DNA from: Candidatus Omnitrophota bacterium
GTDB lineage: Bacteria > Omnitrophota > Omnitrophia > Omnitrophales > Aquincolibacteriaceae
Assembly: GCA_003140935.1 (NCBI GenBank)
Contig: PLLJ01000023.1
Span: forward strand, 24,824-88,823
Reading direction: 5' to 3'
Length of the DNA stretch: 64,000 nt
Positions within the stretch are counted from its first letter, which is position 1. Each line of letters opens with the position of its first letter. Positions 28,939 through 37,863 of this stretch are shown here, one piece after another. Made by a program: the position numbers and the translations under genes. A model generated the notes under the pieces. The model worked only from the letters and a program-made list of their open reading frames with translations. It had not been told where the DNA came from and searched no databases.

Positions 28939-31323
28939 ATGGAAAAAAAGCATATCGATATTCTCATCATTGAGGACAGTCCCGCAGACCGCAAGCTTGC
29001 AGAGCTGATGCTCCAGGAATCGACGGTCCCTTCCTTTGGCATCCGTTATGCCGTCCGCCTTGAAGAAGCCCGGAAAATGCTGGAAACGGAGCCTTTCGAT
29101 ATTATTCTCATGGATCTTGACCTTCCGGATAGTTCCGGGCTGGACGGTTTGAGAAAGATCACGGACAGGCCCGGAAGTCCTCCGGTGGTGGTGCTGACCG
29201 GTCTCGAAGACGAGGCGATGGGTTTGGAGGCTTTGGAAAAAGGGGCCAGTGATTTTCTGGTCAAAGGGCGGCTTACGCTCAATAGCCTGATCCGCAGCCT
29301 TCTCTACGCTCTCACGCGCCGGGAAATGGAACAGAAATTGCTCGACGAACAGCGCAATCTTCAGGCTATCTTCGATGCTGCGAACGTCGGCATGATCTTG
29401 ATCGATGAAACCAGTGCCGTTCAACGGATCAATCGTGTTATTCAGCAATGGACCGGCAAGGGAGCTCCAACGGCCTACGGTGTCCAACCCGGCAATATTT
29501 TGGGATGTATCCACGCTTTGAGCGATTCGGCGGGTTGTGGGCATACGCTGCGTTGCCAAGCATGTCCTATGCGTAAAATCTTCGAAAGTGTACTCCATGC
29601 CGGACAGCCGCTCCACGATATCGAGATGGAAATGACGCTCATGATCGGCAGTGATCAAGCGCATCTCCATCTGGCCGTCAGTGCGGATCCCCTTGTCCTT
29701 AATGGAAAACGGCATGTGATCTTGGCCTTGAATAACATCACCGCGCGCAAGCAGGCCGAAGACGCGTTGCGCCGGAGCCGGGAGGATCTGGACCGGGCCC
29801 AGGCTGTCGGACAGATCGGAAGTTGGCGGCTGGATATCGGCCGGAATATTCTGACATGGTCTGTCGAGAATCATTTCATTTTCGGCGTGCCCGAGGGAAC
29901 GCCTATGACGTATGAAACGTTCCTGGGGATCGTTCATCCCGAGGACCGGCAATATGTGGATGACCGGTGGAAAGCGTGTTTGAACGGCGAACCCTACGAC
30001 ATCGAGCACCGGATCGTGGTGGACGGAGTGGTGAAATGGATTCGCGCGAAGGCTTACCTGGAATACGATGCCGCGGGCAAGTTGCTGGGGGGCTTTGGGA
30101 TCAGCCAGGACATTAGCGAACGCAAACAGATCGAGGAGGCACTACGCGCAAGTCAGGAGCGTCTCGCGCTCGCTGCCGGAGGTACAGGCATCGGAATGTT
30201 TGATTGGGATATTGCGACTGGCGAGGCGGTCGGGACGGAACAACTCCTCCGGATGATCGGACTTCCTGTAACAACAACAACAACGACGACGACGGCGCTT
30301 TCCTATCAGTATTATTACCGGGATTGGGCCAAAGCCATTCATCCAGAAGATATGCCGCACGTCGAAAACGAGATCCGACGTTGCAAGACCGGACGAGTTC
30401 CGTTTAATATTGAGTACCGGGTCGTTTGGCCCAATGGAAGTGAGCATTGGCTCGCCGTCCGCGGTGTATTCCGGTGTGACACGTACGGCGAGCCACAGCA
30501 CATGCTCGGCATTGCGTTTGATATTACTGACCGTAAACATGTTGAGGAGATCCTGAAGCGCGATGTAGAGACTTTTGAACGGATCGCTCAGGAACGCACC
30601 GCGGAACTGTGGGAAGCTCAGCTCAAGCTGGCCCAGAGCAAACGGCTCTCCGATATCGGTGCTTTGGCCGCGACCGTAGCGCATGAACTCCGGACACCGC
30701 TCGGCGTGATCCGCATTGGGGCCTATAATATGAAGCGGAAAACTGAGGACCCGGCGCTGCTCAAGCACATTTCTCATATCGAAACAAAAGTCATTGAGGC
30801 TGACAAGATCATCAGCAATCTTCTCCTTTATTCCCGCATCAAGATGCCCAGCATGGAAGAGGTCCGTCTGTATGATCTTTTGAAGGAGTGCGTGGATCAC
30901 GCAGTAGAAAACTTGAAGGATCATCCGGTCCGGATCCTTTCGCAATTCGATCCTATCCAAAATGAATCCGTGAAACTGGACCCGCTTCAGATCAAGGAGG
31001 TTTTCCACAATATCCTTGCGAATGCGGTGGACGCTTTGGCCAACCGTAAAGACGGACAGATCAAGGTAAGCGCCCTTCGTTACGGTCCGAAGAAAGAAAT
31101 CTCGATCACATTTGAAGATAACGGGATAGGTATCAGTGAGCCGGATCTTAAAAGGATCCACGAACCGTTTTTCACGACCAAATCCAAAGGAACAGGTTTG
31201 GGATTGACGGTCTGCACACAGATCATTCATAACCACGGCGGAAGGATCGAAGTCGCCAGTCAGATAGGCCAAGGTTCAGTTTTTACGGTCATCCTACCGG
31301 TCAGAGAAGGAATGATTGGATGA
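28939..31323 (+). CDS. Hybrid sensor kinase: N-terminal REC, three PAS/PAC domains (first with a 4-Cys motif), HisKA, HATPase
   Basis: DILIIEDSPADRKLAELMLQ...IILMDLDLPDSSG (REC). H-box ATVAHELRTPLGVIRIG. G-boxes EDNGIGISEPDLKRIHEPFFTTK, GTGLGLTVCTQIIHNHGG. Confidence 0.88.
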   Translation: MEKKHIDILIIEDSPADRKLAELMLQESTVPSFGIRYAVRLEEARKMLETEPFDIILMDLDLPDSSGLDGLRKITDRPGSPPVVVLTGLEDEAMGLEALEKGASDFLVKGRLTLNSLIRSLLYALTRREMEQKLLDEQRNLQAIFDAANVGMILIDETSAVQRINRVIQQWTGKGAPTAYGVQPGNILGCIHALSDSAGCGHTLRCQACPMRKIFESVLHAGQPLHDIEMEMTLMIGSDQAHLHLAVSADPLVLNGKRHVILALNNITARKQAEDALRRSREDLDRAQAVGQIGSWRLDIGRNILTWSVENHFIFGVPEGTPMTYETFLGIVHPEDRQYVDDRWKACLNGEPYDIEHRIVVDGVVKWIRAKAYLEYDAAGKLLGGFGISQDISERKQIEEALRASQERLALAAGGTGIGMFDWDIATGEAVGTEQLLRMIGLPVTTTTTTTTALSYQYYYRDWAKAIHPEDMPHVENEIRRCKTGRVPFNIEYRVVWPNGSEHWLAVRGVFRCDTYGEPQHMLGIAFDITDRKHVEEILKRDVETFERIAQERTAELWEAQLKLAQSKRLSDIGALAATVAHELRTPLGVIRIGAYNMKRKTEDPALLKHISHIETKVIEADKIISNLLLYSRIKMPSMEEVRLYDLLKECVDHAVENLKDHPVRILSQFDPIQNESVKLDPLQIKEVFHNILANAVDALANRKDGQIKVSALRYGPKKEISITFEDNGIGISEPDLKRIHEPFFTTKSKGTGLGLTVCTQIIHNHGGRIEVASQIGQGSVFTVILPVREGMIG
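30268..30291 (+). repeat. Trinucleotide repeat (ACA)4(ACG)4 encoding Thr8 in an inter-PAS linker
   Basis: acaacaacaacaacgacgacgacg, read directly. Confidence 0.7.
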
Positions 31324-31724
31324 GTTCCAAGATCCTGATCATTGATGATGATGAGATGCTCTGCGAGGAGCTCGCCGAGATCCTTACCGGGAACGGGTAT
31401 GATGTGACAACGGCCTTTGACGGCCAGGAGGGTCTCGATGCGATCCAAAGAGCCCCTTATGATCTGGTTCTTTTAGACATTAAAATGCCTCACATGAACG
31501 GGCTCGAAGCCTTAAAAGAGATCAAGAAAAGCAAAACTGCCCCGAAAGTGATCATCCTGAGCGCCAACCATTCGGTCAATGTTTTTTTAGGCGAGACGGT
31601 GGATATACCCCATGATTATCCGCAACAAATTCTTGAACTTGCGGACGGCGTCATGAATAAACCCTACGATGTCGAAACCCTTCTCGCCAGGATCCGGGGT
31701 TTGCTGAGCGTACCGCGTTCCTGA
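31320..31724 (+). CDS. Stand-alone REC-domain response regulator
   Basis: ATGA overlap with the hybrid kinase stop. ILIIDDDEMLCEELAEIL...LVLLDIKMPHMNGLEALKEIKK. Confidence 0.85.
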   Translation: MSSKILIIDDDEMLCEELAEILTGNGYDVTTAFDGQEGLDAIQRAPYDLVLLDIKMPHMNGLEALKEIKKSKTAPKVIILSANHSVNVFLGETVDIPHDYPQQILELADGVMNKPYDVETLLARIRGLLSVPRS

Positions 31725-31787
31725 TCAAAGCCTTCTCCGGGAAAACTTCCCCCTGTTATTTACCCCTTTTTCTCATTTCCCGGCCCA

Positions 31788-31817
31788 GTAGAAACAAGTC
31801 AAGAAAAAGGGGATACC
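31788..31817 (+). promoter_or_regulatory. Recurring 26-bp motif, copy 4, about 70 nt upstream of the small Cys-rich ORF at 31884
   Basis: GTAGAAACAAGTCAAGAAAAAGGGGATAC. Confidence 0.45.
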
Positions 31818-31883
31818 TTCTATTCTGTTTTTCTGATCTCACAGCTATGCTTCTCTCAGGCAGGTGAAAGCGAAGGAGATGCG

Positions 31884-32030
31884 ATGAAGAAAGGAAGGAA
31901 AGCGAAAAGATCAGCAAAAACTCTATACGGTTGCAAGTACTGTGAATATGAGTCGGCCGCAAAAGAAATATGCTGCGGAGAAACGATACGGCCAAACCAT
32001 AAAACAGATAACGAAAGGGGGCTGCCATGA
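31884..32030 (+). CDS. Small basic Cys-rich protein (48 aa) with C-x2-C-x9-CCG motif; hypothetical (below the ORF-track cutoff)
   Basis: AAGGAGA RBS 5 nt upstream. MKKGRKAKRSAKTLYGCKYCEYESAAKEICCGETIRPNHKTDNERGLP. Its stop overlaps the next ATG (ATGA). Paralog of the 17290 product. Confidence 0.4.
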   Translation: MKKGRKAKRSAKTLYGCKYCEYESAAKEICCGETIRPNHKTDNERGLP

Positions 32031-32224
32031 GCGCTTGGCGTGATACCTACGAAGATATGACTTATTTTCCAAGGGTTCTCCGGAGGATCCGGCATCAAAA
32101 TAATATGATGACCATCCAGCATCTTCTGGAAGAGGCGTTTGATGGAAACCAACGCCTCCGTGAGTTTTGGAATGAGGTCGAAAAAGAGAACGGCGAGCGG
32201 TCGCAGGAATGGGAGGGTGAATGA
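32027..32224 (+). CDS. Small acidic hypothetical protein (65 aa), translationally coupled on both sides
   Basis: AAGGGGG RBS. ATGA overlaps with both the upstream small ORF and the downstream REC gene. Confidence 0.4.
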   Translation: MSAWRDTYEDMTYFPRVLRRIRHQNNMMTIQHLLEEAFDGNQRLREFWNEVEKENGERSQEWEGE

Positions 32225-32631
32225 ACGCCGATCCGGTGAATTCGGGTGGTCCCGTTGAAAATGCAATGACGGTGCTGGCCGTTGATGATGACGAGATCTT
32301 TTTGGAGGAACTGAGCGATGTGCTTGCGTCAAGCGGCTACGAAGTGGTCACGATAACCGACCCTCGAAAGGCTGTGGATGCGGCACTCGAAGCCAGGCCG
32401 GCGGTGATCCTTATGGATATGAAGATGCCCGGCAAAAGCGGGCTCGAGATCGCGCATGAAATGCGGTACCGGCCTGCCTTGGCCCATGTTCCGATCATTG
32501 CCATGAGCGGTTTTTTAAAAGAAAGCAACCTGCCCTTCATGGAAACATGTGGGATCAAAAAATGCCTTAAAAAACCGTTCAATCCTCTGGATATTATTTG
32601 GGAGATCGAAGAAGTATTGAAGAAGGAATGA
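32221..32631 (+). CDS. Stand-alone REC-domain response regulator, paralog family 1
   Basis: VLAVDDDEIFLEELSDVLASSGYEV...VILMDMKMPGKSGLEIAHEMR...IIAMSGFLKE...KKPF. Confidence 0.85.
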   Translation: MNADPVNSGGPVENAMTVLAVDDDEIFLEELSDVLASSGYEVVTITDPRKAVDAALEARPAVILMDMKMPGKSGLEIAHEMRYRPALAHVPIIAMSGFLKESNLPFMETCGIKKCLKKPFNPLDIIWEIEEVLKKE

Positions 32632-32665
32632 ACGTGGGCTGTATGTCACGAGGGGAGTTCCAAAC

Positions 32666-33064
32666 ATGAAATTGACCGCGATCGATCAGCAAGCTTCTGC
32701 CAATGGGAAGAGACAGGGGGTTTCGGACAGGCGATCTTCATCCGGACTTGCGAGCGACGGGACGATCAGCCAGCTCTTTCGCGCCTATTTCAACAACAAG
32801 ATGACGCTCCTGATCTTCCTCATCCAGGCCAAGACCCTTAAACTCAATTCACAGACGGTGGAAGAGATCTCCCGGTTTCTCGATGACATTTTTCACCATA
32901 TGTTGATCGGTGAAGCCCAACGGCAATACCAAGAGGCCTTTGAATTTCTTAAATCATTCTTCCGTGCTCTTCCCGATGTATCCCAAGAGCAGAGGGACCT
33001 GGCGAAAGAATTTATCCGCGATCTTTATCAAGCGGTGGGAATCGATCTCAAAGCTGATATTTGA
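32666..33064 (+). CDS. Hypothetical protein
   Basis: GAGGGGA RBS. No recognisable motif. Confidence 0.5.
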   Translation: MKLTAIDQQASANGKRQGVSDRRSSSGLASDGTISQLFRAYFNNKMTLLIFLIQAKTLKLNSQTVEEISRFLDDIFHHMLIGEAQRQYQEAFEFLKSFFRALPDVSQEQRDLAKEFIRDLYQAVGIDLKADI

Positions 33065-33151
33065 TCGTGAGTTGACAAAAGGCGGTTTTTCTTAACATCG
33101 CGCACACTTTAACGTACGCAACAACGGTGCTACACAAACAAAGGGGGAGTC

Positions 33152-33595
33152 ATGGAAGAAGTGAAATCAAAACTCGCTGTGATGATGAATAAAGCTTTAG
33201 AACTGGAACATGCCGCGAGGATCCAGTATCTCACGCATGCAGAGCTGATTCAGGGGCTGAATGCGGAGCCGATCCGGGATCGCCTTAAAGAGATCGCATC
33301 CGATGAAGCGAAGCATGAAGAGAAATTCCGCACCCTCATCAGCGATTATCTCGGCGGCGTTCCGTGCATGGGGCTCGCTCTTACGCATCCCGGGAAGGAC
33401 ATCCCGGGAATCCTGAAGACGAACCTGGCGAACGAAAAGGAAGCAATCGATTTTTACAGGCAGATCTACCGTAAGGTGACGGAGTCGAAGGATTCCCTGC
33501 CGTACGAATTTGAAACGCTCGAGCACGAGGTCCGGCACATTATTATCGAGGAGCAGGAGCATGTGACCGAACTCGCATTGCTTTTGGCGGAGTGA
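33152..33595 (+). CDS. Ferritin-like or bacterioferritin-like protein
   Basis: AAAGGGGGAG RBS. ...NKALELEHAARIQYLTHAELI...EIASDEAKHEEKF...EKEAIDFYRQI has the four-helix di-iron ligand spacing (E..H / E..H). Confidence 0.6.
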   Translation: MEEVKSKLAVMMNKALELEHAARIQYLTHAELIQGLNAEPIRDRLKEIASDEAKHEEKFRTLISDYLGGVPCMGLALTHPGKDIPGILKTNLANEKEAIDFYRQIYRKVTESKDSLPYEFETLEHEVRHIIIEEQEHVTELALLLAE

Positions 33596-33605
33596 GGAAC
33601 GGAAA

Positions 33606-34127
33606 TTGGAAAAACAAAAAAGTCGACCTCGAAAAACGGCGATTCTTATCGAAGACCAATACCAAGTATTGGAAGCGTGGTATCCCTATCTCCGGCTGAA
33701 AGAAGAGGGGATCGCGTCTGTGTTCGTGGGGACCGGAAAAAAAGTCTATACAAGCAAGGAAGGTTATCCCGCTGAGGCGGAGATCTCGGTCCAGCACATA
33801 AAATCCGGGGATTTCGACGGCGTGATCATCCCGGGAGGCTACGCTCCGGACATCCTCAGGCGGTACAAGGAAGTCGTTGATTTTGTCAAAGTCATGCATG
33901 AGGAGAAGAAACTTGTTGCCGCGATATGCCACGGGGGATGGCTTCTCGCGTCGGCAGGGATCCTCCGTGATAGAAAAGTCACGGGGTTCTTCGCCATCAA
34001 GGACGATCTGATCAACGCGGGCGGCCGCTATGAGGACCGAGAGGTTGTCGTGGACGGAAATCTCGTGACGTCCCGGAAACCCGAAGATCTGCCCGCTTTC
34101 TGCAGGGAGATCCTCCGTTTTTTTTGA
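33606..34127 (+). CDS. DJ-1/PfpI-family protein (class I glutamine amidotransferase-like)
   Basis: TTG start with GAGGA RBS. ...DGVIIPGGYAPDILRRYKEVVDFVKVMHEEKKLVAAICHGGWLLASAGIL... Confidence 0.8.
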   Translation: MEKQKSRPRKTAILIEDQYQVLEAWYPYLRLKEEGIASVFVGTGKKVYTSKEGYPAEAEISVQHIKSGDFDGVIIPGGYAPDILRRYKEVVDFVKVMHEEKKLVAAICHGGWLLASAGILRDRKVTGFFAIKDDLINAGGRYEDREVVVDGNLVTSRKPEDLPAFCREILRFF

Positions 34128-34159
34128 ACCATGCACTTAACAAAAGGAAGAGCCGATCC

Positions 34160-34711
34160 ATGAAAAAATCATGGGGTTTGTATTTGCTGGGGCTCGTCAT
34201 GATGGTTGCCATGCTGGGACCTGGGCCGGCTTATGCGAAGGCCGCTAAGGAGATCGATGCGAGCGTCGATGTCGCGTTGGAACATTTCCAAAAGAATGTA
34301 CACGACGGAAAAAACCTTCTTCAGAAAGCCAAAGGGGTGCTTGTTTTTCCGGGCATGATCAAGGGTGGTTTCGGGTTGGGTGCTGAATACGGGGAAGGCG
34401 CTCTCAGGATCCAGGGCAAGACCGTGGATTATTACAATATGATCAGCGGCTCGCTCGGATTTCAACTCGGCGGTCAATCCCGGAGGGTCTTTATTCTCTT
34501 TATGGAACCTGAGGCGCTCCAGAAGTTCCGCGCCGACCCGAAATGGCTCGGAGGACTCAATGCGTCAGGGGTCCTGATCGATGCGGGAGGCGAAGGTTCG
34601 ATGGACACGATGAAAGCGAACCAGCCGATCATGACCTTTGTCCTCGATCAAAAGGGATTGATGTATGACCTCAATCTGGAAGTGGGAAGGATCCATAAGA
34701 TCCAAAAATAG
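34160..34711 (+). CDS. Secreted SYLF (Ysc84-like, DUF500) lipid-binding domain protein
   Basis: AAGGAAG RBS. Signal peptide. ...KGVLVFPGMIKGGFGLGAEYGEGALRIQGKTVDYYNMISGSLGFQLGGQS... Confidence 0.55.
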   Translation: MKKSWGLYLLGLVMMVAMLGPGPAYAKAAKEIDASVDVALEHFQKNVHDGKNLLQKAKGVLVFPGMIKGGFGLGAEYGEGALRIQGKTVDYYNMISGSLGFQLGGQSRRVFILFMEPEALQKFRADPKWLGGLNASGVLIDAGGEGSMDTMKANQPIMTFVLDQKGLMYDLNLEVGRIHKIQK

Positions 34712-34723
34712 CGGATATGATCT

Positions 34724-36250
34724 ATGAAGATACCCCCCATATTTCAAGAAGTGATCCAAGAGGATGTGCGGGGCGTATGGCATGCCGGTCATCTGATCGG
34801 CGGAGAATGGCTTAGAAAGACCGCCGGACAGGAACTTTTAGTCACAAGTCCCGTTGATGGACGGGCCGTGGCGCGGTTGCCCAAGGCATCTTCCGAAGAC
34901 GTGAACTTGGCAGTGGCCGCCGCGGAGGCGGCTCAACCCCGTGTCCGGGAGATCGCGGCGATCGACCGGATCGCTCTCTTTAGCCGTGTTCAGCGGCTTT
35001 TGGAGGAACACCGGGATTTTTTCAAGTTCCTGCTGCTTTGGGAAGGCGGCAAGCCCGCGCACGAGGCGCTCGGAGAGATCGCGGCCACCCTAGAACGCCT
35101 CCATATGACGATGCAGGAGGCGAAAAAGATCACCGGAGAATATATTCCGGGCGATTGGTCTCATGATACGGTCGGCAAGATCGGGATCGTGATGAATGAA
35201 CCTGTCGGTATCGTCGCCGCGATCACCGCTTTTAATTATCCCCTCTATATCCCGGCGGCCAAGATCATCCCGGCGCTTTTAGCGGGAAACGCCGTGGTGG
35301 CAAAGCCGGCCAGTGTGGTTCCTTTAACGCTTCTTTGTTTTGCGAGACTTGTCGAGGAGGCGGGTTTTCCCAAAGGGGCGATCAACGTGGTCATGGGTTC
35401 AAGCCAGGTGGGGGACACTCTCGTGGGGAATTCCAGAGTAAGAGTCGTAAGTTTTACGGGTTCCACCGAGATCGGTCAGCATATCGCCATGACCGCGGGA
35501 ATTAAAAAACTTCATTTGGAACTCGGGGGAAAGGGGGTTGCGATCGTTCTGGAAGATAGCGACCTGGAGTTTGCTGCTCAAAAATGTGTGGAGGGGTCTT
35601 TGAAGAATGCGGGGCAACGATGCGACGCGATCAGTTCGGTCCTGGTGATCGGGAAAGTGGCGGATGAGTTGGTGAACCGGATGCAGAAGGCGATCTTGAA
35701 ATGGCCGGGAGGAGATCCGCGCGAAGCGAAGACCAAAGTGGGTCCTCTGATCAACGAAGCCGCGGCCATCCGGGTGGCCAAGCTTATCGAAGATGCCGTT
35801 GAAAAGGGCGCAAAAATACTTTGCGGAGGAAAACGGAACGGTGCTTATCTTGAGCCGACGCTCCTGGATGAAGTCCCCGGCAACGCGAGGATCGTGACGG
35901 AAGAAACTTTTGGGCCTGTCGTTTCTGTGATCCGTATCAAAGACGAAGAGGAAGCCGTGGCGATCGCCGCGCGGCCGCGTTACGGATTGGATTCCTGCAT
36001 CTTTACGAATGATTATTACCGGATGTGGAAACTCGCCAAACATCTTGAGGTGGGGAGTGTCACGATCAATGATCTGCCGCGTCATGGGGTCGGATATTTC
36101 CCCTTTGGCGGGGTCCGGAATTCCGGGATCGGCCGGGAAGGTGTCGGGTACAGCATCCAGGAGATGACACAGTACAAGACGGTCATCTTCAACCTCGAAC
36201 CTGCGGGTCTTGGAAAAAAACATCTGCCAGAAGAAGGCGTTCCGTCATGA
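34724..36250 (+). CDS. NAD(P)-dependent aldehyde dehydrogenase
   Basis: ...FTGSTEIGQHIA...LELGGKGVAIVLEDSDLEFAAQKCVEGSLKNAGQRCDAIS... shows the ALDH glutamate and cysteine active-site signatures. Confidence 0.9.
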   Translation: MKIPPIFQEVIQEDVRGVWHAGHLIGGEWLRKTAGQELLVTSPVDGRAVARLPKASSEDVNLAVAAAEAAQPRVREIAAIDRIALFSRVQRLLEEHRDFFKFLLLWEGGKPAHEALGEIAATLERLHMTMQEAKKITGEYIPGDWSHDTVGKIGIVMNEPVGIVAAITAFNYPLYIPAAKIIPALLAGNAVVAKPASVVPLTLLCFARLVEEAGFPKGAINVVMGSSQVGDTLVGNSRVRVVSFTGSTEIGQHIAMTAGIKKLHLELGGKGVAIVLEDSDLEFAAQKCVEGSLKNAGQRCDAISSVLVIGKVADELVNRMQKAILKWPGGDPREAKTKVGPLINEAAAIRVAKLIEDAVEKGAKILCGGKRNGAYLEPTLLDEVPGNARIVTEETFGPVVSVIRIKDEEEAVAIAARPRYGLDSCIFTNDYYRMWKLAKHLEVGSVTINDLPRHGVGYFPFGGVRNSGIGREGVGYSIQEMTQYKTVIFNLEPAGLGKKHLPEEGVPS

Positions 36251-37863
36251 ATACCGTAGGTTTCTTTTTTCAGAATCATTTGGGGGCCATTTTTCTTGTC
36301 TACGGACTTGCCTTTGTCGTGATGGGACTTGTGATCTTCGCCCAGCCGATCGCGGAAAGCCGGTTCAAGCTGGCAAAGATCATACGGCAATTAGGATGGT
36401 TCGGAGTCCTCCACGGGATCAACGAATGGCTGGATGGGTGGGCACAGCTCTATGGGCGGAACATGCCTTTGGATATATTACGTTTGGGGATGATCGCTGC
36501 TTCCTATCTCTTCCTGTTCGAATTCGGAAGGCGACTTTTCCGGCTTGAAATGGAAAAATACCCGGCCGGTCTGAAGGAAATCGCGGGTTGTTTCACAAAG
36601 GTGATAAGCCCCGCTTTGGCGGTTTTTATCGTCGGGGCCTCGTTCTTTGCGCCGGACCCCTGGAGAACGGGAATGACCTGGACGCGGTATCTTCTCGGCT
36701 TTCCGGGGGGCCTTTTGATCAGTGCGGGGTTTTTCTTCTATTACAAATACACAAAAAAAATATTAGAGCCTCTTGGAGCAAAGAAATATTTTAACGCGGA
36801 TGCCCTCGCTTTTCTTCTCTACGGGATCCTGGCGGGGTTGATCGTCCCGCGTGGCCTTCAGGGCCCCTGGCAATGGCTGAAGTTAGAATCTTTTTTTTCA
36901 GATATTGGGATCCCGCTGCAGGTATTCCGGACTGCATGCGCGATCATTGCGGGTTGGGCGACGATCGGAATGCTCAGGATCTTCCAACTGGCAACGATCA
37001 GGGATTTGGAGAAAGAGATCGCCCGGAGTAAGCGCCTTGAGATGGAACGCGAGTGGCTCAACAATGAACTCGTGAGACTTAATGAGAAACTCGTGGCGCT
37101 CGACAAGCGTAAATCCGATGTTGTGGCGATGGTTTCGCACGAATTCCGGGGCCCTCTGGGGATCCTCCAGGAAGCGATCGACCTGCTCCTTCAGGGCCAT
37201 GGCGGAGATCTTGGCCCGGATCAGAGAGGATTGCTTGAGATGGTGAAGCGAAGCATTGCCAGGCTGATCCGGCTGGTGACGGGCGTTCTTGATATTTCCA
37301 AGATCGAAGCCGGAAAGATAGAATTGAAAAAGGAACGGATCGATCTTCCGGCACTCATCGATGAGGTCGTCGCGCTCCACGGAAAGAAGATGGCTGATAA
37401 ACAGATCGTATTCCAAAAAAAACTTGCTGACGACACCGGCGTGCTTTGGGCTGACCAGGATAAGTTGAGCCAGGTTTTGATCAACTTGCTGGCGAATGCT
37501 ATTCAATACACACCGTCGCATGGAAGTGTCACCGTCGCGGTGGGCGGGACCGAGAGCGAGGTCCGTTTTGAAATATCGGATACGGGTTCCGGGATACCCA
37601 AAGAATATTCAGAAAAGATCTTCGACAGGTTCGAGCGGATCGGTATCGAGAGGCAGGAGGGCACAGGCTTAGGACTGCCGATCGCTAAAGATATCGTCGA
37701 GCTCCACAAGGGGAGGATCTGGGTCGAAAGCGAGGTCGGGAAAGGCAGTAAATTCTGTTTTGTCCTGCCCCGGAATTTCAGACTGCGAACCGATTTTTCC
37801 GAGTTCTCAACTCATAAGGGTGAAGCCTTGAAAGGAGCCCTATGCGATTCTCTACGATGGTAA
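36247..37863 (+). CDS. Sensor histidine kinase with about 8-TM N-terminal sensor domain, HisKA, HATPase
   Basis: ATGA overlap with the ALDH stop. H-box MVSHEFRGPLGILQEAIDLL. G-boxes SDTGSGIPKEYSEKIFDRFER, GTGLGLPIAKDIVELHKG. Confidence 0.88.
   Translation: MNTVGFFFQNHLGAIFLVYGLAFVVMGLVIFAQPIAESRFKLAKIIRQLGWFGVLHGINEWLDGWAQLYGRNMPLDILRLGMIAASYLFLFEFGRRLFRLEMEKYPAGLKEIAGCFTKVISPALAVFIVGASFFAPDPWRTGMTWTRYLLGFPGGLLISAGFFFYYKYTKKILEPLGAKKYFNADALAFLLYGILAGLIVPRGLQGPWQWLKLESFFSDIGIPLQVFRTACAIIAGWATIGMLRIFQLATIRDLEKEIARSKRLEMEREWLNNELVRLNEKLVALDKRKSDVVAMVSHEFRGPLGILQEAIDLLLQGHGGDLGPDQRGLLEMVKRSIARLIRLVTGVLDISKIEAGKIELKKERIDLPALIDEVVALHGKKMADKQIVFQKKLADDTGVLWADQDKLSQVLINLLANAIQYTPSHGSVTVAVGGTESEVRFEISDTGSGIPKEYSEKIFDRFERIGIERQEGTGLGLPIAKDIVELHKGRIWVESEVGKGSKFCFVLPRNFRLRTDFSEFSTHKGEALKGALCDSLRW

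Noticed and set aside
31756-32332. Minus-strand ORFs 31756-32028 and 31856-32332
   Set aside because: Repetitive Leu/Ser/Phe-rich translations. The + strand instead carries RBS-equipped, ATGA-coupled small ORFs leading into the REC gene.
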